Assembly: GCA_012295275.1 (NCBI GenBank)
Contig: CM022677.1
Coordinates: forward strand, 7,254,001 to 7,318,000
Source: Chrysomallon squamiferum
Lineage: Eukaryota > Animalia > Mollusca
Direction of reading: 5' to 3'
DNA: 64,000 nucleotides
Shown in pieces: positions 1-14,497 of the stretch. A model generated the notes under the pieces. That model was not told the origin of the DNA. It did no database searches and worked only from the letters and a program-made list of their open reading frames with translations. Position 1 is the first letter of the stretch; the number at the start of each line of letters is the position of its first letter. The position numbers were made by a program, and so were the translations under genes.

Positions 1-1007
1 GCCAAATAGATATATCTTGAATTTGTTCGATAGGTTGAACATCATAGAGAATATACTGAGATGACAAATTTAAACATGTATGTCATAAAGCTTGAAAATC
101 TAATGTATTGTCATTTGGGTTTTAACTTTTTGGCGGTGTTTTTTGCTGTCTGGTCTATATATCAGTTTTATTGATGTGTGAATTCAAATGAACTGACAAT
201 ATTATAACATATTTGGTCTGTGAAATTATTATTGGAATTTGTACTATTATTGGAATTTGTAAATTATCAGTATTACACCTGACTACTTAATAACATTTTT
301 AACCATTTCAAAAATTATGTATGTATGTATGTATGTATCTTCTCCAATTCAATAAAAATGGATCATTCAGATCATTCAGATTTTTTCATTCAGATTTTTC
401 ACCCTTTATAACATTTCCAGGTAATGGGACATTTTTAACAAAATAAAAGGTTAAAGAAATAATTATGCACAAAGTGTTATTAATTTGATGATTATTTTAA
501 ATTACAAACTGAATTTGTGCAATATATTAGCTTTTTAATTTTATGTTATAAAAAGGAATAGATAATAAAAGTATTTATCAATTAGTTTTATGAAATAGAT
601 CTGGGTTTCTGAAGTTATAAGCAACAATGTCAATAACATTTAAAGTAATTCCTAGTAGAACTTTTTCACACACTCACAGTAATACATTTGAAAAAATCTT
701 AGTTATGGTCAGTCTTCAGAATTTTATGTTATGAAAAATATAGATACAGAAATTATGCAGATATTTCAGAATTTGGTAGTGATCTCTGCAATTTGAATAT
801 TAATTTGAGATGAATTATAGTGAACAAAATGTTCCATGGGAACTGTCAACATTGCTGAAGGAAAGACTCTTAATGTATGTTTCAGTATTATTAATCATTT
901 AATGTATTACTAATGATAGTTTTAATTTAGCTTATCGATAGAAAAAATATTCAGCCTTAGAGAAGTTTACTGATAGTAAAATATGTAACTTTGTTCTTTC
1001 TACAGAA

Positions 1008-1077
1008 ATGGTTTATCATTGCACTGTTCTTCACATTGCTGTGATTACTTTTATCTTCACCTGGGTCTCTGTTGAAG
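1008..1077 (+). CDS. IgSF gene A coding exon 1, signal peptide MVYHCTVLHIAVITFIFTWVSVE(G)
   Basis: ttctttctacag acceptor 2 nt before the ATG, hydrophobic core, VEG cleavage-like end, G|gtgagt phase-1 donor. Conserved in the paralog at 21280. Confidence 0.85.
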
Positions 1078-3790
1078 GTGAGTGTTTTCCATGTCAGTTT
1101 TATATTCCAAACTATTTATTGAGGAATAACTGGAAATTCTTGGAATTGATTTTATCTGTTCAAAAACTCTTTACTATCAATGACTGGAATCCGATATTTA
1201 GAGCTAAATAATATAACTTGTCTGAAACAGTTGAAATTTGAGGTGCCTCAGCAGTTGATAATATGTTTATTCTTGACCGTGTTTTAAAAAATATGCTGGT
1301 ATTAAATAATTGATTCAGCCATTCCCTACAGCAAGGTATAAAATTAGAGTGAAATGTACTTACAGACAGTGTACTGAAATAATTTAGTGTATCTATGCAA
1401 ACTGATGACAACAAAAATATACCTTTCTTTCTTTACTTATGCTTTCTTTTATAATATTTGGCATCTTGATTACAACTGGAAAGCACTGTAAGCATGCATT
1501 TTACTGCATTACCTGGAGATCACTTCAGTCTGTATTTGATTGCACATTTCAGTCATTAATCAGCTGAATTAAACACTGACAGTTCAATCTGAGTATGTTA
1601 TGATTTTTTCTAATGATTTAACAAAACTGCAAAGGTGCAAAGTTTATAAATGGTCAGTATCTAAGTTAGGAATTAACAATCATTAAACCTTTCCAAAACT
1701 GAAAGAGGAAGACCAGGCTTACCTAACTGTTTAGTACTTATCCATTATAAAGTTAATCATGCATGATACGTTTTGACTGGAAAATGTTAAATTGTTTGAC
1801 TTGTTACAGAGAATTGCATATATTGTGTACTATATATAAATTGTGGGAGGTATGCAAACAAGCAAAACATTCTGAATAACCAGGGCAAGTTGAGCCACAT
1901 TCCCCTGAAAGACATTAACAGCCCACCACATCAATGTGTTAACATTTCTTGTTAAATACACTCTATTTTTGTGGACGTGTATTTTCCTTCAACATAGGCA
2001 ACTGTTTTTTAAAGAAAAAAAAGGATATGGCCCAATATCATGTCAACATATGAAACCAAAACCTCGTCATAGTTATATATTTTGGGGTAAGATTACAGGG
2101 TGTACATATTGCATGAATGACTGTTTTTAGCAAAATCAACCTTGCATTTAAATCATTTTTTGTTTGCACAACTTTTGTGTTATGGTGAATGATAATTTGC
2201 TTATAGTTGAAATTAAAATGCCATTCACTACATCAACAGTGTTAGTTTGGCAGGTAAATGCCATATCTGTGCTTAACCTTGTTTTGGTGTCTGAACTTAT
2301 TGTTGTTGTTGATAATCAATGTTTAGGGTATACATATACAAAGAAACTGCTGGCTGATGTCACTTCATACCCTTGAGCAGTTTGTGCTAGGAGGCCAAAT
2401 CCAAGATGGCCACCACCAAATCTATTTTCTTCATATCTTCATAACTAGATCAAATAGAAACATGAATGAAAGGTTCTTTTATACATTTTCAGGCATACAG
2501 AATATAATGCTGTTATGTTTTTCCTCAATAAAATACAAAATCATGATGGCAACCACAAAAGGATGAAGATGTGGCTGTTTTAAGTCAAATTAAATACACT
2601 CTATATATTATCTAGTATAGACTAATAACTAATAGGTCAACAATAAATAATTAATTGTCCAAGATGGACACCACCAAATCCAAGACAATTTATTAGGATT
2701 ACTAAATAAGAGAGAAACATAAATTAAAGTTTGTTTTATGAATTTTCGATCATAAAAGAATCAAATGCAGTTATGAATTATTTCTCAATTAAAAAAAATA
2801 AATAAATACAAAAAAAAAAAAATGGCCACCATATTTTATTAATTGCCGAAAATACATATTTTCAAGAAGTCTTAACTATACTTTTATTGCATTTTTGAAT
2901 CTTAGCTTCTTAAACTATTCTTGTCCTTTCGTGTGCTTTCTCAGGAAGTTAAGTTTATATTTAATAAAATGAGTTTCGATGATTTGTGGCATTTCTAAGG
3001 TGACCTTTGGCTTCTGAACTCTCAACTGACTTAAATGTGCCTTTATTATCTTTCATGCAACACAAAAACTTTGCGCGTCAACTCTACACATCTTCAGTAG
3101 TGTGACATCATCAACAAAAGGGATATGGACACTACACATGGAGAAGCTAGTCCTAAAATGCTCATTATCACCATCCTAACTGGGCACAAGTGACACAACA
3201 CTATTTATATCCTAACCAGACGCTACCATAGCATTTTTGAAAAATTGATCCACTGAAGACAAGTTAAACCTATCAGTGTATGTATTAAAGTGTTCCATCG
3301 TCTTAATGCAAAACTACCTTCCCCCCACCCTGGATATGACTGAACTTTCCAAGAAGCTTATAATAAAACACACACATTACTTACTAGGTAAACCTATAGT
3401 TTTTCCAATATTCTTCCAGGCATTTTCTTTTTACTGTTGTTATCTTTGTATGTTGATAAGAACAGTTGTAAAGTACTAGTATCCTCTGAACAACATGGAT
3501 GAGTTGTTCATCTTCCATTTTCATGTACAGGGGAAATAATCTTGTTTGTGATTGGTTAATATATTTTTAGATGCTCATGTAGTGCAACAATAAAATAGAA
3601 ACAGTTCCTATCGGTATTGTGTTGTGCACTCGAATAGCTCAAACCACTGCGCCGTAGAGTGCAGTTAGGATGCTGCAACTGAAATCATTGGTTTCTAAAA
3701 AAGATGTTCAGTTAGGTTACAGCTTTAGTGATGCAGATGTAAATATACATTTATGTTATGTATATTCATATAAATTTATATATACACATG

Positions 3791-4030
3791 CAGGGTATCC
3801 ATAAAGTTACTATACAGTCATTTGTAATAAAGAAATGCCAGGCAGACTAAAAATAATTCAGGAAATAAATGTATTACATCAGAAAATATTGTAACAGTAT
3901 AAGCAGTCAAAATAAGCTTTTGCAAAATGGGGTTGGGCTCCATCCTGTTGAAAGTGCAAGTTATGGAAATCTGGTCGTTGTTTCTGGTTGTGACAATGTT
4001 GCATGCTGTTTTGGCCCTGGAAGGAATACT
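3791..4030 (-). mobile_element. Tc1/mariner-superfamily remnant
   Basis: TIR-like cagggtatccataaag at 3791. The minus strand reads ...DFHNLHFQQDGAQPHFAK, matching the FQQDGAxxH second-Asp motif of Tc1/mariner transposases. Confidence 0.6.
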
Positions 4031-5851
4031 GTACTGAAAGTTGTAAAAAGTTAACTAAATCTGTCAGTTGTGGGACAAACTAATCACTGCTAATAGTGAT
4101 AGAGTGGGCCAGAGCACACTATGGACAAAGGAACAGTAGCATGGTGTCAAAAGCACAACTCAGTTCTTGGGCAAACAGTAAACACCATCACCAGTATTGT
4201 GCTTTCTACCAGCAGTCAGTAAAGAGTTTGAAGAAAACATGAAATGTGTGCATCATTGAAAACACTGAAAACATGATGCCAACAAATCACTTGTATCTAT
4301 GACAATCCCAGGTACAATCAGTCTTGCACCAGATTAGAAATCATTGCAAATAGATCTTACATGTAACCGCATACATACATGTTTAGATTGATAGAACAAG
4401 CAATAAATACTATACATTTCAGTAATTAATTATTTCTTATTTAACATTTGTTTTAGCCTACGTCTAACACCTGTAACATTATAGCAATGTCTAGACCCAG
4501 TGGTTATTCTGTGATCATGGTAAGTGGAATTTGCAGAATTCACATTGTGGAATAGAAATCATATTTTGAAACAGAATTAAATGTTTTTTCATTTTTATCA
4601 TTTTACTATTGTCACAGGCTACGAAACTGACAATTGAGTTAAGTTTTGTTTCTTTGCAGCCTGTCAAACCCTGTCTGTACTTAGTTGTAAAATTATGTTT
4701 TATTACTTTTAGTTGTTTTAATTGTGATCTTTCATCCTGACACATACTTTTCATACAGTGATGCAAATCTGTGTCATTGTATGGCTTGATCACTGTGGCC
4801 AATCTGTACATCACATAATGTAGTGATGTCATTGTTACGACTGGAATCAGTTGTATTTTAATTACAATTGTGTTAATATTTCACTAAAGTTTTTCTCAAA
4901 TTAGATGACATAAATGGACAGTACATTGGATACATTAAAGATTTTTCTTCCATGTTTCCTTCGAGTGTATATATTGCTATTTTTGAGATAAATATAGAGC
5001 GTGTTCAACATAATGGCACTTTTTTAGGTAATTATCAAAAATACAATATATATAAATTAGTTGTTGCAGTGGTGAACTTCCATCAGCCAAAAAGCCCAAT
5101 GTAAAAGAAGTACCACTCTTACCAGCGTAAATGCCAAAGGCCATGCAAGGCAGTTAAAGATGATGTATACAATGATAGAGGTGTGTTTTTTGCCAGCACA
5201 GTATAGACTTTAAACAAGTTCACACAGTGAAAAGTAAAAGTAACAAAACATCCTGATAAAAAAATTTAAAAATAAAAAAATATGAATTTCCAAAAGAAAT
5301 GCTGATAGTATATGTCACAGTTTGTCTGTGGGGCCTTCTGCAAGTTTCTACAAACCACACTCAGACCAGAAGAATCTTGAATAAATACCTTTGTTTTCTG
5401 TGATTTTCACAAATTTTATTGGTGTGTTTTATATATTAATTTTTAATTACATAATTTATGCCTGAAATTAAAATGAAATAGAATTTATAAAAACAGGTAA
5501 TGCAAAACAGCTTTTTTTTTTATATATACTTGGTCTATATGCAGCGAATTAATTTTATGTTAATGATAAAGGCCTGGTTATACCATAATACTATTATCTC
5601 TCATTTCTGATTTATAAAACTTCACTTATCTCCAAAGTTCCCCATTTTGCCATAATGTGTCTAGGTAGAAGTTAGTTCTCCCAATTTTTCTAGCCTAGCT
5701 TAAACCTTTCTTGTATATGTATGTGTATATACATGGTTCAAACTGGTCTATAAATAATGTATTTATGTATTTATTATTTATATATATATATATATATATA
5801 TATCTGTCATTCTCTTTATATTTTTTAAATAAATAAAATTGTGATTTACAG

Positions 5852-6184
5852 GAAAAGCAAGCACAGATATAGATTGCTTGGATGCAGCAACAGAATGGAA
5901 GGAGACAAACTTAACCTGTAAAGTGTCTGGAACAGTAACAGTTGGAATAAAATATTTTCGTCCAAATTCTGGAAACCCAGAAGAAGTTATGGCCTGTAGT
6001 GTAGATACAACTGAATGTGATCCGTGGGGTGGCAGACTTGGATACAGTTTTGTATTAGACTCGTCTACACAAATCACACTTATTATAAAGTCTTTTAACA
6101 AAACTCTTGATGAAGGAACATGGAGCTGTACTGATGGTGATCCTCCTGGTATTGGTGATACGACTTGCAGCAAAACAATTTCAG
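5852..6184 (+). CDS. IgSF gene A exon 2, V-type Ig domain with 6 Cys
   Basis: tttacag acceptor, TCAG|gtaagt donor, 333 nt, phase 1-1. Encodes B-strand LTC, E-strand TLII, F-strand DEGTWSC and extra Cys pairs. Confidence 0.9.
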
Positions 6185-6747
6185 GTAAGTTGCTATAAAT
6201 GATATAAAATATTTAGTAAATGATAAAAAATTTCAACTGTGTATTTGCTTGTGTGTGAGAAGTGGTAAAGGCAACTCCATCCAAATGTCAGATTATTATG
6301 ATTTGAGAGAAAAGAGTTAATAAAAATAAATATATATTTCTGCAGCAATAAGTTTTTATCAGTACAAAATGACATGGATGACACATAAGGTTTTGATGTT
6401 GAACCTAGGTTGACAAAATTCTGTACAAACTGACATATTTGTATCCTATACATATTCATAACCTGAATCTTCAACTAAAGGTTCTGTTAAGAACTCCTAA
6501 AACCCGCTGAAATAATACTGACCACAGTATTCCATCATAAGAATATTATTTCTTAATACAGAAGTTTGTTAAAAACTGCAAATGTCAAACCTGCAGATGT
6601 CAGGTTGACTGCATGATACATAAATATTTCAGAAAATTTACACATTGCTGACTTCACAGTGTGAGCTCTTGACATATTGTTTCACAAAAAAATTCCATCA
6701 TTCATTCATAATTTCAAAGCAACTGATGTGAAGGTAAACACACATAC

Positions 6748-6803
<56 letters not shown>

Positions 6804-7500
6804 TCATGTCCTACTCTAATGAAATTCTAGAAATATATTATTACTTTTTAACTATCAAATGTCTATTACTCTGAGGTTGGTGGAACTATTTTAATTTTTT
6901 TACACTTAGAATTCACACATATTTTCACTGCAAAGTTAATAATGTATCACCTACTTCAAAGAAGTTGTTTTCTTTCTTACTTTTTTTAATCTCCCTTTTA
7001 TTGTATTGAATTTGTTAATGTTAATATTGGTTTTAGTTTTAGCTTAAAAGTATTTTATTGCTCTAAAAAAAGAAAAAAGAAAATAAACTGATTTTAATAA
7101 ATAACATGTACAACATCAAAACCTTATGTCATTTCTTTATGGTAAAAAATATTATTCATTTTCATTTGTTCTTAAAATGATTGAAAATAACAGTATTTTA
7201 TTTCTTGCATAACTGAAGAGATATTTTCAGTTGATACAAAGTGATTATCATATCAGCAGTTGTGCCATGCACACATCTCGATGTTATTATTTTATAGAAT
7301 TAAAGAATACAGTTTAGTCTGTATGTGTGTATGTGTGTCTCACATTACTGATCTTACTTACTGTTGTATATGCACAGTAGATAAATTATGATTATTTATT
7401 GTTACAAATTAATTTTGTAATACTATTATGAAATATGTTTTGTAAACTCAATATATCTGCTTCTCCATGTTTTCTATTTTTCTCAGTGTTCCTTTTGTTA

Positions 7501-7557
<57 letters not shown>

Positions 7558-8581
7558 GGTAGAACAACCAATAAGAAAATAATATAAATATTCTTGATGT
7601 AAATAAAAACAGAACTGAAGAAAATAGTGATACTCATATTCATGATATTGAATGGTACTTTGAAAATGTTGTAATGTATTTTTCATCTAAACTGATACCT
7701 CTATATTATGTTTTATTAATATCATAATTTATTAATATATCAATGTAAAATTGATTCATCAAAACAGACAAATATAGAATATTTCTTTTAGAAACATTTT
7801 GCATTCCACAATACCTGAATGTAATTTGACTAGAGCTAAATACAGATTTCCTTTGTTAAAATTGTCTTAAAAATATAACCAACAAATTTAATTAATACAT
7901 TATTTCAAACCTTTCTGAAATACATCATCTTCAACATGAAGATCCATGAAATAAATGTATCAGTATTTTATGAAATCTGCCATTAATACTCAGATTTAAA
8001 AAATTGATTTTTAACAATGTCATAAACAGTACATGAGTTACAGACAACAAAGCTTACAGTGTTTGAGTTACATTTATCAGTAGTACTTCTCTTCATAGTC
8101 ACCATTTATTTTTTATTTCAAAGTTAAAATTTATCATTTCTGATCATCTTCTCCAGTAATAGTAAATAATAAAAATTTTCGAAAGATGAGAAGATAATAA
8201 ATATTATGAACTTCCTTAATTATTAATATATTTAAACTAATAAACCAGACCTTTTTTATTTTATTTTTTTTATTTATTATTATTTTTTTTTATGCAACTC
8301 GTATTGATAAATTCTGTCTGGTCATGATATTTGGATTTGAAATGAACGTGGTTTTGTATTTATTGATAATGCTTTCAAATTATTCAAAACCACAGGAACT
8401 ATAACTTTTTGTAAACTCCTGAACATTTCACCAGTAACAGGATATAAAGCTGTTTGCACAGTGCAGGTGAATGCCAGTGTTGTAGCAGATTAAGGTCTTT
8501 AACTTCTTTCTAGGACAGTCTACTTATAGAGAAATTTATTAGATGTACTGTGAGAATCTTAATACAATTTAAAACTTGACA

Positions 8582-8637
<56 letters not shown>

Positions 8638-8730
8638 TTAATAAATTTTTGCATTGTAGTCTTTTGTTTGAAAGTTTGAAAAAATATAATTTTTTTAATA
8701 ATTATGCCTTCAATTAATGAATTTATATAA

Positions 8731-9200
8731 AAGGGTCATTCCATGTCAAATCACCCCCCCCCCAAAAAAAAGAAATTTAAACCCGACCATCTCAGATTTT
8801 TTATAAAACTTGGTATACTTGTTGACTGGGATCCCACAGCACCAAATCTGAAATTTTAGCCTAATTGGACCAGTGGTGTAGGAGATATGGCCCACCGTAT
8901 TTTGATATTTTTGACAAAAATGGGCGTGACCACCAACCTTAGAACCCTCATATCTCAGGAACTACTGGGCCAATCTTCATAAAATTGGTACTGTTGAAAA
9001 GGCAATATGACAAGGATTCCAAATCTGTTAACCTGACCTTTGCTATGGCTTTGAAATTGACCGTGTGGATCATGTGACCTTGAGATGACATTAATCTCCC
9101 ACATGTTAACTGAAACATATAAAAGTTTCCTGGATGTAATATTTTTTGTTTACCACAATATAGATTTAAAAAATGCACATACATGAAAATAACACCTTTT
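8731..9200. mobile_element. Non-autonomous DNA-transposon-like repeat fragment
   Basis: Segments (tatctcaggaactactgggccaat; aaacttggtatactt...gggatccca) recur in inverted orientation at ~13710-13800. Family not identified. Confidence 0.45.
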
Positions 9201-9674
9201 CAGCCATTAACATCTGATTAACTAAAACCTGAATGATCAATTCTGGATGCTAGGAATCACCATCTTTCTTGATCATCGAGTAAGACAATGTAGGCCTACA
9301 TTCCCGGACATATTCTACTGTTCTCGTCACTTTCATAAAATTGGATAATTTCCTCCTTCAATTCTGAAATAGGCAGATACAAGCAGAAAAATAACTAACT
9401 GATGTACGTATGTCTTTGAGTTTTATTTAGTAGGTTTTACATCTGACTTTTACAAACATTTACCTATGCACCATACAAGAACATTTCATGTTTGTATATC
9501 TTGTTTATTTATCGTACCTAAAAGTATTTTGTTTAAACGTTGAAGTCTAGCTTTATTTTTATAGTAATTTCCATTTAAAAGAAACTGAAAAAACACAAAC
9601 ACATAAAAAAAAAAAAAAAAGTTTTGAAACAAAATTTATATTTTCATTTTAAATTTTGATTTTCAATGTTACAG

Positions 9675-9686
9675 GTCCACAGACAG
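9675..9686 (+). CDS. IgSF gene A microexon 1 (12 nt), (G)PQT
   Basis: ttacag|GTCCACAGACAG|gtatga, symmetric phase 1-1. Flanks are homologous to the cassettes at 12973 and 13220. Confidence 0.7.
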
Positions 9687-10323
9687 GTATGATGTTTGTA
9701 CATGTAGAACTGATCATCATCATAAAATTTAAATACATAAACCTTATTTTGTATTTCTCAGTACATAACTGTTAATTTAATATAATTTTAAATAATTTTA
9801 TGGGTAATGTTTCTCTACTTCAAATATCAATATGAAACAAGTGCTACATAATTAATATTTTATAAATTTAAAAACATACATTAGAAGTAATTACAACAGA
9901 AATGTCACTTCGTTTTGAAAACTAGTAATACATTAGAAAAGAAGATTAATACAAATAATTTACAATAAAAATTGAAGCAATAGTTGATTTTATAATTATA
10001 TACTTGTTCTTATTTTTGCTTTTTAAAATAAGTATTATGACATTGATTAATATTCTGCATGTACTAAACATACTTTGCATCTAATCTGCTTTATTCCATT
10101 TATCACACATTTTCCCTGCAGCTGCTTGGTTATCAAGATTATTACTGGTGTTGATGGATGTAAAGATATTAATTGTCCAAGGCTAACTTCATCATAACAC
10201 AACAATGATATTACTTCTTTCCTGTCTTTATTATTATATAGTAATTTCACACAATAAATTTCTTATTTTCTCTTGTATCAAAAATTAAAAGATGTACTTA
10301 AAATTATTATTATTATTATTATT

Positions 10324-10377
<54 letters not shown>

Positions 10378-11278
10378 AACTGTACTAGAAAATTAAATAT
10401 ATAGTCCCAATAACAATGAATAAAACAACAAAATTTTAAGCAGATATTGCTCTCAAAAGTACAATATTAGGAAACCTAACTATATACTTAAAAATGTTTC
10501 AAATTTCAGTCATGTTCTATGTCGAGTTGTATGAATATGTTTAAGAGTTTAAACAATAGTTCCATGATGTAATTATTGAAGTGCAAATTCTTTCTGTGAA
10601 TAAATAATCTGACTGATTAATAAAATGTTCAACACAGCTGCTATGAACACACAGAATGTTATATATCCCCAAGCTTGTAAAACAAATTACTAACATAGTC
10701 ATCCCTTTTATCATAGCTACTCACTGTTGTATTTTACAAGGGTGCTAGTGATAATGCCTGGATTTGAAATGAGGATAAGCTTTTATTATATTGAATTATT
10801 ATTGCTTTGTAATTTGTTTTCAAGGTTGGGTCAGAGTAGAATGAAGCATAACTTTTTATAAAATTGTGAACACTCAACCAGTAAAAGTAACACTGACAGT
10901 ATGTAGTATCAGTCCCAGTTTTGTAAATGCAAGTATTTAAGCATGTAAAACTGGAATGTTTGGATGTTCTGTGACAATTTTCCAAGACCATTAATACAAT
11001 TTAAAACCCTGTGTATTTTTATTATTATTATTAATTTATGTAATTCAGTTTTATAGAATACATTTTTGTTTCAAGGATTGCAAAGAAATTTAAGAGTGAC
11101 CATTTCATAATTTAGATCTTTCAGATATATTACTACTATATTTCAAGTACTTTAATATAATGTATTCAACGTATAGTACTGTTAGAACAGTGATAAACAG
11201 AACTTATCCATAGAAAAATGTTTTTCTTTCACAATGTTTTATTGATTACAGGTACTTCTACATGCAGTAAATAAATAA

Positions 11279-11317
<39 letters not shown>

Positions 11318-11321
<4 letters not shown>

Positions 11322-12874
11322 ACAGTCAATGTGTCAACCCAGTCATTTGGTCACATGCCTCTGACCGCTTGTCATTTGGCCAAATGACTGAAAATGACCT
11401 CCAGTGATTTACTAAATGACTAAAGGGTATTTCTTGGGTGTTTTCTAATAACTAAATTATGTTTCATCTGTAATGAATAATCAAATACATGTAAAAACAA
11501 ATTTACCAGTATAATGCATTGGTGACACATAATACATACTTGATTTATTTGAACAATTTACACTGTTGTGACATCTGCTATTACACAACACATTAGTTTT
11601 GAAACAAACACATCGCTTACTCTGACATCTCTTAGGTCCATTACAACTGCACTTGACAAAACCCTGACCACCATGTTGAAAGTTGGCTTGACGAAGTGAC
11701 ACACTGCTATCACTGTCAATGTCAGATTCACTCAGGATTCTCTGAGGACATAAATCAAACTGGTGTCGACTATATTTCTCTTTCAGAATACCAGAAGGGC
11801 AACCAATAGTATATTGTCTGTTTTCTACAGCTAATATAACACGTAGAATATTTCTGGGATCACCACATTCCCTGTCAACAGACGGAATGGGCACAGCTAC
11901 GTTATCACCAACAGTACATCCTTCATAATCACATGTCATAATTCGCTCACTTTGATGTCAGTGGGTGGATCACGGAAGATGATCCTGATACACCATAATC
12001 CACTTGAAAGAACCATGAGGTAATGATTGCATAACAATGAGATCTACTTGCCCACAAGCAGAGAACTCTTTAGACAAGATCGGTCAGACAACCACACCCT
12101 TTTCATCAGTTTACACTGACAGTCAATGTACATTGACTTAAACAGTTCAATAGAATCCCTGGTAACATTGGCATACTTCTTGCCTAAATCCTTCGCCATT
12201 CGACTGCGACAACCATGGCCAGTGGCAATGGGGGCACATTTCATAACATCGAATCACTCTTTGATGTGCACGTAATACTGTATCAGGTCGTCATTGGATT
12301 TGCGATGTCTTATACACTTTTCAACATCACCACACTGAAGAATCTCATACTTGGACAGAAGATAATAACCTTGGGGTGACTTAGCTGATGATTGTTCATT
12401 TAAATCCTTCAGTTCATTTATCAACAAAAAGTACTCTGGTTTTGGTATAAGAACCTTTTTGAAAGATTCATATTTCTTATATAACTCATTTTGAACATAT
12501 CTTCTCCTGAAAGCTTCATATCAACAACTGATACCTGAACCATAATGGCTCAGATATTTATAGACCAAGGGATTTGCATGCTCAAAACAATGTAATCTTA
12601 GTGTTGCTTTAAGGACACAGGCTGTTTAGTACAAAACAAAAACAACTAAGTTCAAAGAAGATGTAAACTAAACAGTTATAATAACTGTTCACAAAGGACA
12701 CCACCGTATTAGTACAAAACAAAAACAAAACATGAAAAAACAAACAAAAGTTTTTTTTACTATAGTTAACATTTTGACTGAATTCAAAATTCCCTAACAG
12801 GCAGTCTGTCAAACTGAGGGCACTCATTTTCAATCATTTGGCCAAATGACTGGTTTGACACATTGACTGTAACA
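11318..12874 (-). mobile_element. Ginger2-like (KRBA2/SCAND3-type integrase) DNA transposon, internally deleted and frameshifted
   Basis: TIRs TGTTACAGTCAATGTGTCAA.CCAGTCATTTGG at both ends, in TA-rich flanks. The minus strand encodes the H2C2 region (IATGH..R.RM...KKYANVT) and the C-terminal VGDNVAVPIP..DR...GGQGFVKC.C Cys-rich tail. The DDE core is mostly missing. Confidence 0.85.
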
Positions 12875-12972
12875 TATGTATATATTTGTATTTTCTTATG
12901 CAGCATAATGTAAACAAAATAATAAAGAGAAAATTACTGTTTCATTTAAATTTTTGTGTTTCAATATCTTAG

Positions 12973-12996
12973 GTCCAACTTCAACACCACAGACAG
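12973..12996 (+). CDS. IgSF gene A microexon 2 (24 nt), (G)PTSTPQT
   Basis: tcttag|GTCCAACTTCAACACCACAGACAG|gtatca, phase 1-1, Pro/Thr/Ser-rich. Confidence 0.75.
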
Positions 12997-13219
12997 GTAT
13001 CATATTTGTACATGAGAACTAATCATTGTCATAAAATCTTAATACATAAACTTTATTTTATAATTCTTAAAAATGTAATATCATTTTAAATAAGTCATAT
13101 GTTGTGAAGTTAAAAACAAATTACAAATAATTATAACAGAACTGACATTTAAAAAAAAAAAAAAAAATAATAATAATAATAATATTTTCATTTTGAATGT
13201 TTGATTTTCAGTGTCATAG

Positions 13220-13235
13220 GTTGAACCACAGACAG
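13220..13235 (+). pseudogene. Third, degenerate microexon cassette (in-frame TGA, donor deleted)
   Basis: catag|GTTGAACCACAGACAG followed by aagtaatc. The gtat...catg donor segment of the other two cassettes is missing, while the flanks remain homologous. Confidence 0.6.
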
Positions 13236-13887
13236 AAGTAATCATTGTCATAATATCTTAATGCATAAACGGTATTTTATATTTCTCAATACATAAATGT
13301 ATTTACCATAATTTAAAATAATCTTTACCATAGCATCTCAGCTATATTACCACTTCATTTTGGTGATTTGATATTTTAACAAAAATATTAAAATCCCATA
13401 CAGTGACCTTATGAGTGATATATTGTGAATTTAGAAACAAATTATGAATATTTTTTATAGAAACTGTGATTTTAGAGGTGTAATATTTTTTGTTTAGCCA
13501 CAATATAGATTTAAAAAATACATTCGTGCAAACATAATTGATACAATGCATTACAATGTACATTTTCTACATGTATACACTTCTGTGAGACCAAAAACTC
13601 ATCTTTGGAGTCAACATCCACCTGACATTTCTGAAGGAATGCCAGAAGGATGTGAAAAGATGCCAAATGGAATAACATGTTCTACATAATCAGGCCCAAA
13701 CGGTTAACAGTACCAGTTTTATGAACATTGGCCCAGTAGTTCCTGACATATGTGGGATCCCAATCAACAAAGTATACCAAGTTTCATAAAAATGTGATAC
13801 TATTATTATTATTTTTAAATAAATAAATAATCTTATGCATTAAAGGTATATTTAATTGAGATTGTTATTCTGCTCTGGTTTTAACAG

Positions 13888-13938
13888 ATGGCACATCACT
13901 TGCCACCCGCACAAAACCTATAGTATGGGCAATTACTG

Positions 13939-13951
<13 letters not shown>
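13888..13951 (+). CDS. IgSF gene A exon 5, (D)GTSLATRTKPIVWAITVYII(C)
   Basis: ttaacag acceptor, TG|gtgagt donor, phase 1 to 2. Small residues, a polar spacer, then a hydrophobic run. Confidence 0.75.
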
Positions 13952-14329
<378 letters not shown>

Positions 14330-14457
14330 TATTATCGGCAAAGTTTTCACAACTTCTACTTAAGACAAAAGTAACGAATTTTTTTTATGTATCTGACTAA
14401 ATGTTGTTAATTTGATTTCATCAGCTAATCATAATTCTTGTATATTATTCATTGCAG

Positions 14458-14497
14458 CTTGGAGATCATCACTAGTGGTTTATTTTCTCAGTACTGA
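14458..14497 (+). CDS. IgSF gene A last coding exon, (C)LEIITSGLFSQY*
   Basis: attgcag acceptor, phase 2 matching exon 5, TGA at 14495-14497. Confidence 0.65.

Noticed and set aside
5778-6173. 131-aa minus-strand ORF (and 23152-23492 equivalents)
   Set aside because: Antisense shadow of the Ig exon. Splice signals and Ig motifs are on the + strand.
8441-8466. Possible additional microexon (aacag|GATATAAAGCTGTTTGCACAGTGCAG|gtgaat)
   Set aside because: 26 nt would shift the frame, the pyrimidine tract is poor, and it has no homology to the microexon cassettes.
11481-12244. Host KRBA2/SCAND3-like gene
   Set aside because: Enclosed by TIRs, intronless, broken and internally deleted, so it is a transposon.
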